DNA of 23,280 bases, from the NCBI GenBank assembly GCA_031367385.1, contig JANLPS010000270.1, forward strand, positions 1 through 23,280. Direction: 5' to 3'. The notes under the pieces are model-generated. The model searched no databases, was not told the origin of the DNA, and saw only the letters and a program-made list of their open reading frames with translations. The DNA comes from Archangium sp. GTDB taxonomy: Bacteria; Myxococcota; Myxococcia; Myxococcales; Myxococcaceae. The translations under genes and the position numbers were made by a program. Shown one piece after another: positions 16,990-23,280 of this stretch (position 1 is the stretch's first letter; the number at the start of each line of letters is the position of its first letter).

Positions 16990-19437
16990 ATGACTTCCGA
17001 AATCAGTATCACCAGCGAAGCTGAAAACGCAAAACCGGCCTCGATCACGCAGTCGCTTGCACGTATCTACGCGAAACGCGGCTGGCGCGTCGTACCGCTT
17101 CACGACGTCACGGCGGGGCACTGCTCGTGCTCGAAGGGTGCGGCATGCCCGAGCTCCGGCAAGCACCCGCGATTGAACGACTGGGTCACGCGAGCGAGCA
17201 ACGACCTGGCCGTGATCTCCGATTGGTTCGAGCAATGGCCTAACACCAACATCGGCGTGATCACCGGTGAGGCCTTCTTCGTGCTCGACGTCGACCCTGA
17301 CAAGGGAGGCGCTGACAGCCTGGCCGCGTTAACCGCCGAGCACGGCCCCTTACCGCGCACAGTGCAAGCGCTCACCGGGTCGAGAGGCGATCACTACCTG
17401 TTCGCGTTGCCTGACTTCACGGTGACGAACACGGCCGGCAAGCTCGGCCCGGGCTTGGATACGCGCGGCTCCGGCGGTCAAATCGTTGTGGCGCCGTCGG
17501 TGAGCGGCAAGGGCACCTACCAATGGGTGAACAAGCCGTTCGACGCGCCGATCGCCCCCGCCCCCGCGTGGCTCTTGGCGAAGCTCCGGCCCCACGCCCC
17601 TGCTGCACCCCTTGCCGAACGTCAGACGTTCGCCGCAGCGTCGAACGAAGTGCTCGAGCAGGCCGGGCACGCGCTCGACGTTCACGGCCCTGCGATCGAA
17701 GGGAAAGGCGGCGATCAGCACACGTTTGTTGCCGCTTCCATTCTATCGCATGACTTCGCGCTGACCGAGGCCGAGGCTTGGCCGCTGATCGTCGAATGGA
17801 ATGAGACCTGCTCGCCGCCGTGGTCAGAGTCAGACTTGCGCGCCAAGCTTCGCAACGGCGCCAAACACGCGAGCGGGGTCTACGGCTCGAAGCGCACGGC
17901 CGATGCACGCGCCACGGCCGAGAAGTGGATCAGCGACTTCTACGGCTCTGGGAAAGATCCCGAAGATCTCGTCAAACAAGTCAGAGCACTGCGATTCAGC
18001 ACAGCGGTCCAGCGCGAGCTGGTGCTCAAGGATCTGCAGTCTGCGACGAACCTGTCGCAAGCGGCAATCGCCTTGCCGAAAGTCTACCTCAGTGCGCCGG
18101 CCTCGAGCCTTTCAGGCGACGCCGAAGCCCTGGCGCGAGTGATGGTCGCGCCCACTGAAGAGAACGTCGCTCGGCTGTTCGAACGCGAGCACGCCGAATC
18201 GCTTCGGTACTGCAAAGAGTGGAGCGCGTGGCTTGAGTGGAGCGCATCAGTCTGGCGACCAGAGCGAACTGACCTCGCCTTCGATTACGCGCGGGAGCTG
18301 TCGCGGAAGGCCAATTTTGAGGGGAAGGCATCGCCAGCGAAAGCATCGTTTGCGCGCGGAGTCGAGGCTTTCGCCCGGGCTTCACGCACGTTCGCCACCA
18401 CGTCGAGTCAGTGGGATTGCGACTCGTGGATTCTCAACACCCCGGGCGGGATCGTCGACCTGAAAACGGGGCACAAGCGGGCCCACGTCAGCACTGACTA
18501 CGTCACCAAGATTACCCGGGTTGCGCCGCAGAGAATGCCAACCCCTGTGCTCGACAAGTTCTTGCGTGAAATCACCTGCGGCGATGCCGATCTTGCCAAT
18601 TACCTGCAACGCGCACTCGGTTCCGCGCTGTCGGGTGCTGTCAGCGATCACGTGCTCCACTTTTGGACCGGCGAGGGCAGCAACGGGAAAAACACGCTGG
18701 GCGACACTGTCGCGGACACCGTCGGCTCCTACGCGAAGACGATTCCCACCGAGACGCTCATGTCGTCGAAGCACGAGCGACACCCAACCGAGATGGCGAC
18801 TATGCAGGGGCTCCGCTTCGCGTTTTCGTCTGAGGTACCAGAGGGGTCACGTTGGAACGAATCGCGCATCAAGTCACTGACCGGTGACGCGACAATCACA
18901 GCGCGATTCATGCGAGGCGATTTCTTTGAGTTCCCGAGAACGCACAAGCACTTCGTTTATGGCAACAGCCGGCCCCAACTGGCCGTGGTCGACCTCGCCA
19001 TGCGACGCCGACTGCACGTGGTCCCATTCAAAGCGTTGTTCTCCGACGAACTCGGGAACAAGGATCCATTACTCCCTGAAAAGCTTCGCGCCGAAGGGCC
19101 GGGCATCTTGCAGTGGTTGATTGAGGGCCACATGGAGTGGCTCCGCGACGGCCGTCTGACGCGCTGTGAGGCCGTCAGGCGCGAAAGCGACGACTACTTC
19201 GCCAGTCAGAGCACGCCAGACATGTGGCTCGCTGAGAACTGCACCTTGCTGGCCTGTGACGAACGCCCCACCGGCACAATCGAGAAGGCCTCAGTGCTCT
19301 ATGCGAATTTCAACCTCTGGAAGGATTTGCGGGGCGAAGCACCCATGAGCCAAACGCGGTGGGGTGAATGGATGTCGACCAGGTTCACCAAGATAGTGGG
19401 CGCAGGGGTTCGTTACCGTGGAGTTCAACTCAAATGA
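16990..19437 (+). CDS. bifunctional Prim-Pol primase fused to D5/P4-family SF3 helicase
   Basis: N-terminal RGWRVVPL..CSC..C...GKHP, NIGVITG..FFVLDVD, HYLF, LDTRGSGGQIVVAPS; PriCT-like WNETCSPPW; D5_N ILNTPGGIVDLKTG; Walker A GEGSNGKNT; IKSLTGDATITARFM. RBS GAAAGGA. Confidence 0.95.
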   Translation: MTSEISITSEAENAKPASITQSLARIYAKRGWRVVPLHDVTAGHCSCSKGAACPSSGKHPRLNDWVTRASNDLAVISDWFEQWPNTNIGVITGEAFFVLDVDPDKGGADSLAALTAEHGPLPRTVQALTGSRGDHYLFALPDFTVTNTAGKLGPGLDTRGSGGQIVVAPSVSGKGTYQWVNKPFDAPIAPAPAWLLAKLRPHAPAAPLAERQTFAAASNEVLEQAGHALDVHGPAIEGKGGDQHTFVAASILSHDFALTEAEAWPLIVEWNETCSPPWSESDLRAKLRNGAKHASGVYGSKRTADARATAEKWISDFYGSGKDPEDLVKQVRALRFSTAVQRELVLKDLQSATNLSQAAIALPKVYLSAPASSLSGDAEALARVMVAPTEENVARLFEREHAESLRYCKEWSAWLEWSASVWRPERTDLAFDYARELSRKANFEGKASPAKASFARGVEAFARASRTFATTSSQWDCDSWILNTPGGIVDLKTGHKRAHVSTDYVTKITRVAPQRMPTPVLDKFLREITCGDADLANYLQRALGSALSGAVSDHVLHFWTGEGSNGKNTLGDTVADTVGSYAKTIPTETLMSSKHERHPTEMATMQGLRFAFSSEVPEGSRWNESRIKSLTGDATITARFMRGDFFEFPRTHKHFVYGNSRPQLAVVDLAMRRRLHVVPFKALFSDELGNKDPLLPEKLRAEGPGILQWLIEGHMEWLRDGRLTRCEAVRRESDDYFASQSTPDMWLAENCTLLACDERPTGTIEKASVLYANFNLWKDLRGEAPMSQTRWGEWMSTRFTKIVGAGVRYRGVQLK

Positions 19438-19441
19438 TGCC

Positions 19442-19535
19442 CAACGTAAGGCTTCGTAAGGGTCTCCCGTTAAGTCGCTCCAGTGACCCGCAAACTCAAG
19501 TGAGTAACCGGAAAGCCTTACGAACCCTTACGTTG
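19442..19535. repeat. 20-bp inverted repeat of tandem iterons; putative replication origin
   Basis: CAACGTAAGGCTTCGTAAGG (19442-19461) and CCTTACGAACCCTTACGTTG (19516-19535) are 19/20 complementary. Each arm has two CGTAAGG units 10 bp apart. Directly after the primase stop. Confidence 0.75.
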
Positions 19536-19601
19536 ACCGTCACCTGTCGCTTGAACGCAACCCAGCGCAGACAGGTGAACCCCCTGGCATGCCGGGTACT
19601 T

Positions 19602-19646
19602 AGGTTCTTCCCTGGGCCGGGCACGTCACGGGTGCACATGACCGCG
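19602..19646 (+). other. putative lambda-like cos packaging site (cosQ-like + cosN-like)
   Basis: AGGTTCT-TCC (cosQ-like; lambda GGGTCCT-TTCC), then TCACG-GGTGCACATGAC-CGCG (lambda TTACG-GGGCGGCGACCT-CGCG). Spacing is within 1 nt of lambda; just upstream of terS. Confidence 0.6.
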
Positions 19647-19702
19647 ATTCCTCGATTGCTCCCGAACCCAAAATATCTGGTCACTCCTGAAGGGCAGACA
19701 AC

Positions 19703-20303
19703 GTGAAAAAGCCTCACTCGGTACGAAGCGCAGCAAAGGCACTCGGGGTGGCGTTGTTCGCCATGCAGACCGCGATCAAGTCTGGCCGAGTCACCGCAAC
19801 GCCAGAGGGCAAGATCGCAGACCTCGAGGTCTGCAAGATCGTAGGTGTGACACGTGCCGCAAGTCGAAGCTGCTGGCACAGTTTCACTTAAACTTGTCGA
19901 GGTGGAAACACGGTCGAAGCGCGAATGGTTGAAAAACTCGGCACGCATGGGCCCCGCCCCCCTCGCCGACCGTGAGACGCAAGAGACGGTCGATCAGGCC
20001 GAGACGTTCAACGCGGCGCGCCGGCGTAAAGAGGTTGCCTTGGCCTCACTGCGCGAGGCCGAGCTGCAGCGGTTACAGGGGCGCTACGCCCTGGTTTCAG
20101 AGGTCGAGTTCGCGATAGCGCAGGAGGTCACTCGCTGCAAAAGCCACCTACTGGCGATCCCCACGCGGCTCCGCGAAGCCGCGCCGCACCTGACGCCGGC
20201 CGATATTCAGACCGTCGAAGAGGTGATCCGGCAAGCGTTGGTCGACCTGGCGAACGGGGTTGCCACCGTGCCTGAGACCGCGCGGAAGGTGGCGATGCAA
20301 TGA
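19703..20303 (+). pseudogene. Nu1-like terminase small subunit, split into two frames by an 82-nt insert (pseudogene or recoded gene)
   Basis: ORF 19703-19891 encodes an N-terminal HTH (SVRSAAKALGV...AIKSGRV...GKIAD). The ORF ending at 20303 encodes a Nu1-type C-terminus (ARRRKEVALA...LQG...LLAIPTRL...IRQALVDLA). Deleting 19838-19919 fuses them into a 172-aa ORF. Confidence 0.75.
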
Positions 20304-20653
20304 CGCCCCGCGAACGGTTCAACGAGCGCCTGCTTTGCGAAATGGACGAGGTCGACAGCGGCGAGCGTCTCCGGCTCGATCGCTTCTTAGGCCAGCGGAT
20401 CGGCAAGCTCAGCCGCGCCGAGGTCCAAGCGCTGCTTGCAACGGAGTTCGGGCACCTCGAAGAGAGCGACCACCTGGTGATCTCGTGGGCCTACTTCGGC
20501 GAGCCCTACTCGCTGAAATTGTACGCCGAGGCAGTCGACCGCGAGATCGCCGCCGAACGTGCCGAACTACTCGCCGGGATCTTCCGCCGAGCCCTGCGTC
20601 ACTTCGGCGCCCAACCTTCACAACCCGCTGCACTTGGAGACACCACGAAATGA
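20300..20653 (+). CDS. hypothetical protein with S4-like N-terminal motif
   Basis: ATGA overlap with terS; contains RLDRFLGQRIGKLSRAEVQALL. Confidence 0.65.
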   Translation: MTPRERFNERLLCEMDEVDSGERLRLDRFLGQRIGKLSRAEVQALLATEFGHLEESDHLVISWAYFGEPYSLKLYAEAVDREIAAERAELLAGIFRRALRHFGAQPSQPAALGDTTK

Positions 20654-20946
20654 ACACTGACCGAGAAATGCCGAGCGCTGAAATGATGCTTCACGAACGG
20701 ATCGCCGAGGCGACCGGACCCGAGCTTGCCTTGTACCTCGAGAGGCATGGCGAAGCCGTGACGGCCGAGCAGGCGGGCGAGATCTCGCGGAGCGTGTCGG
20801 AGTTTTTAACCGCGAACCTCGAAACCTGGACTCGAGCCGGCATGACTTTCGAGAGCGTGCTCCGGCTCGCAGTTGCTCATGGCATGGGAGTGATCGTCAG
20901 GGTGCTCGGCCTGTCACTCAACCCCTCACCCCGCACTCTGAACTGA
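20650..20946 (+). CDS. hypothetical protein
   Basis: ATG 20650 in ATGA overlap, GGAG upstream; MNTDREMPSAEMMLHERI..., helical-looking sequence. Confidence 0.65.
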   Translation: MNTDREMPSAEMMLHERIAEATGPELALYLERHGEAVTAEQAGEISRSVSEFLTANLETWTRAGMTFESVLRLAVAHGMGVIVRVLGLSLNPSPRTLN

Positions 20947-20953
20947 GACCGCC

Positions 20954-21496
20954 ATGACCACCGAGACCACTAAAGATCTTCGCTTCCAGACACTCGACCT
21001 CGAGGCCTTCAAGCGCTCTGCAACGCGTTTGACCGAGGTCGGTCAAGCAGATCGCATCTTGACCGAGGCCGAGATCACCACGGCGCGCGAGCGGATAATG
21101 CCCAAGATCCTGGAAGCGATCGACGCCTACCTGAACAAGCGCAGCGGGGCGGCCCCCTCGCCAACCGAATACGCCGCCATGCGTTCGAAGGCGTGGAGTT
21201 ACTCGGCGGCGCTCGTGCTGGCATGGCGCGACTCACGCAACGGCATGCGCCCGATGCAGGTCGACCGAGCGGCCAAAGAACTCGGCGAGGTCATCGGCGG
21301 GCTGACCCCGACCCTGGCTGAGCTCCGCGACCTGGAATCCGAGGTCGAGGCAGGCGAACGGCGCCTCGCTGCGCTCGAGCGAGACCGCGAGAGTCAAGCC
21401 CGAGAGGAACAGCGGCAAGCGGCGTTCGCAGAACTTGCGGCAAGGTTCAAAGAGCGCCACGGCGTCACTGTCGTTGAAGTTCCGAGCGAGGGCTGA
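20954..21496 (+). CDS. hypothetical protein with C-terminal coiled coil
   Basis: 7 bp after the previous stop; LAELRDLESEVEAGERRLAALERDRESQAREEQRQ heptad-like segment. Confidence 0.7.
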   Translation: MTTETTKDLRFQTLDLEAFKRSATRLTEVGQADRILTEAEITTARERIMPKILEAIDAYLNKRSGAAPSPTEYAAMRSKAWSYSAALVLAWRDSRNGMRPMQVDRAAKELGEVIGGLTPTLAELRDLESEVEAGERRLAALERDRESQAREEQRQAAFAELAARFKERHGVTVVEVPSEG

Positions 21497-21498
21497 CC

Positions 21499-21870
21499 AT
21501 GACACCCGACGACGCGGGGCAGGTGACGGCCGAGAGCTTGGTTGCGCTTTTCAATGACCATCGGTTTACAGAACTGGTGCCCCGCGTCTTGTCGACAATG
21601 AAACACGCGGAGATCAAGGCACACCGCGATCATTGGCTGCGCCTCGCGGCTCGGGCGGTGAACACCGACCTCTACACGGAGGGCAAACGGGAGATCGTCG
21701 CGTTCTTGTTCGAGCGTTCTCAATCTCTGCTCTCCGCGTTTCCTGATCAGATTGTTCCGGACGCAATGCCTGATGGGCCGCTCATGGTCGCTCTCCTGGT
21801 CAACGGCGAAAAGCTGCCGTCACGCCGCACCTTTGAGCGGGCGATCCGACCTCTGCGACAAAGGCGCTAG
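21499..21870 (+). CDS. hypothetical protein
   Basis: 2 bp after the previous stop, GAGG upstream; 123 aa. Confidence 0.65.
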   Translation: MTPDDAGQVTAESLVALFNDHRFTELVPRVLSTMKHAEIKAHRDHWLRLAARAVNTDLYTEGKREIVAFLFERSQSLLSAFPDQIVPDAMPDGPLMVALLVNGEKLPSRRTFERAIRPLRQRR

Positions 21871-21925
21871 GTTTTGTCGCTCGAATTTGCGGGCCGGAGC
21901 GTGGGTAGGGCATGGATAGATCCAT

Positions 21926-23188
21926 ATGGTCGCCAAGCGCTCAGCACCCGAAACCACTACTCGCAACGTCGGCCCGCTTACCGGTCGCGCCGCGTTCTCA
22001 CCTGGTTCAGTCAACGATAAGGCTCGCACGGTTGACGTTCTGTGGTCGACCGGCGCCAAGGTGCTTCGCTCGTCTTGGTTCGACGGCCAGAGCTACGAAG
22101 AGCTTTCGATGGATCCCGCGCACGTGCGCATGGGCCGGTTGAACAACGGTGCCCCGTTTCTCGCGGATCACCGTGGCGCGCTCGACTCAGTGATGGGGGT
22201 TGTCGTCAAGGGCTCTGCGAAGCTCCAAAACGGTCAAGGAGTTGCGACGGTTCGTTTCCCCGCTGAGGGTGTGGACCCCAAGGCCGATCAGCTGTTCGCC
22301 AAAGTGCGCGACGGCGTCGTGCAAAATATTTCAGTCGGCTACCGCACCTACAAGTCAGAGAAGGTCGAGGGCGGCGACGAGAAGATCCCGACCTTCCGCG
22401 CCGTCGATTGGGAGCCATACGAGATCAGCGCCGTTGCAATGGGCGCCGATGACCAAGCCGGTTTTCGCAGTGCCAATTTCAACCAACCAAACGAATGCGT
22501 CTTTGTGACGCGAAAGGGCAGCACCATGGAGATCGACAACGAGAGTAGCAACGATGTGGTGGCAGATGAACGCGCGAGGGTCTCTGCGATTCGAGCACTG
22601 TGCAAAACCGCACGGCTCGATGCGCGCATTGAAAACGATTTGATCAAGCGCGGCGGCGATCTTAACGACGTCAGAAACGCGATCATTGACCTGATGGCCC
22701 TGCGCGATCAGGAGCACCCGACCGACAATCACTACACGCCGATCGACGGCGGCGAGTCAGTCGCTTATGGCCGGTTCGCTATGGGCCGCACGGATACCGA
22801 GAAGTTCAACGAGTGTGCGGCGGCGGCGTTGGTCTTGCGGTCGGGCAGCTCGGTGGTCGATCACGCTATCCAGACCAAGGCCAGGGGGTTTGAAAACTCC
22901 AAGCTCGATGCCGGCGATCTGGCGGGCCTGGGGCTGTACGAGATTGCGAAGCGTACGGTTGAGCGCGCCGGCCTGAAGACGGGGGGGAAATCGCGTGAGC
23001 AGATAGCGTCCCTCGCACTGACCCACCGTTCGAGTGCGCTTGCCGCCGCGTCAGACTTCGGCGTTCTGTATGAGCAGGCGATCGGAAAGATCTTGCTCGG
23101 CGCATACGCTACGGCCCCGGATTCCTGGCGAGCGTTCTGCCCACGCGATGCGGATCGGCTCGAGGGTGACGCGATCTGCGGCACGTGA
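21926..23188 (+). CDS. HK97-type prohead protease - scaffold - major capsid protein fusion, apparently C-terminally truncated
   Basis: Protease motifs PFLADH, NISVGY, WEPYEISAVAMGAD; scaffold-like ERARVSAIRALC; capsid start SDFGVLYEQAIGKILLGAY...WRAFC, then stop 15 codons later. Confidence 0.8.
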   Translation: MVAKRSAPETTTRNVGPLTGRAAFSPGSVNDKARTVDVLWSTGAKVLRSSWFDGQSYEELSMDPAHVRMGRLNNGAPFLADHRGALDSVMGVVVKGSAKLQNGQGVATVRFPAEGVDPKADQLFAKVRDGVVQNISVGYRTYKSEKVEGGDEKIPTFRAVDWEPYEISAVAMGADDQAGFRSANFNQPNECVFVTRKGSTMEIDNESSNDVVADERARVSAIRALCKTARLDARIENDLIKRGGDLNDVRNAIIDLMALRDQEHPTDNHYTPIDGGESVAYGRFAMGRTDTEKFNECAAAALVLRSGSSVVDHAIQTKARGFENSKLDAGDLAGLGLYEIAKRTVERAGLKTGGKSREQIASLALTHRSSALAAASDFGVLYEQAIGKILLGAYATAPDSWRAFCPRDADRLEGDAICGT

Positions 23189-23197
23189 GAGACCCGG

Positions 23198-23280
23198 TTA
23201 CCGCCGCGTCATCAGTCGCTTTCGAAGAGCGCTGAATAGCTGAGCCGGAGTGGCATCGGCACGCGGCGGCAACCGGAGCC
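23198..23280 (-). CDS. possible 3' end of a convergent gene entering from outside the window
   Basis: Open minus frame ...LRLPPRADATPAQLFSALRKRLMTRR* ending at TAA 23200-23198; too short to verify. Confidence 0.3.
   Translation of the reverse strand, partial: LRLPPRADATPAQLFSALRKRLMTRR

Larger units (their letters stand above)
14889..23280. mobile_element. integrated phage-satellite-like (PICI-like) element or defective prophage; right end probably outside the window
   Basis: Order: att, integrase, xis-like, HTH, primase-helicase, ori, cos, terS, unknown genes, protease/capsid. No second att copy was seen in the window. Confidence 0.85.

Noticed and set aside
19881..19909. GTTTC...GAAAC 29-mer resembling a CRISPR repeat
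   Set aside because: Single copy, no spacers or cas genes; treated as a hairpin of the terS insert.
20260..20649. N-terminal extension of the 228-aa ORF 20260-20946
   Set aside because: It overlaps the 20300-20653 gene and is Arg/Pro-rich noise; ATG 20650 with an RBS and ATGA coupling is the better start.
23195..23230. CTGATGA and GAAA on the minus strand suggesting a hammerhead ribozyme
   Set aside because: The order and spacing of the core elements and stems do not fit a hammerhead.

Overview
GC-rich bacterial DNA whose gene content suggests a myxobacterium (inference). The left part (1-14888) is host chromosome. It carries the 3' end of a small LexA-type HTH gene, a lipoprotein, a thioester alpha-2-macroglobulin, a lipoprotein NucA/EndoG-type nuclease, a Ser/Thr kinase / membrane protein / Cys-rich beta-propeller lipoprotein operon, an orphan ORF, an Imm21-like protein and YceI. 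At 14889-14913 a 25-bp tRNA 3' fragment marks the att boundary of an integrated phage-satellite-like (PICI-like) element that probably runs past the window end. The element encodes a tyrosine integrase with non-canonical catalytic motifs, a convergent Xis-like HTH, a Cro-like HTH, and a Prim-Pol/P4-type primase-helicase. These are followed by an iteron inverted repeat (ori), a lambda-like cos site, a Nu1-like terminase small subunit, four unknown coupled genes, and a protease-scaffold-capsid fusion that stops early. The most unusual signal is an 82-nt structured insert bounded by AAG...AAG that splits terS; removing it restores one reading frame. Also notable are the missing TerL/portal, the altered integrase active site, and a low-GC propeller cassette across which the G/C skew flips.
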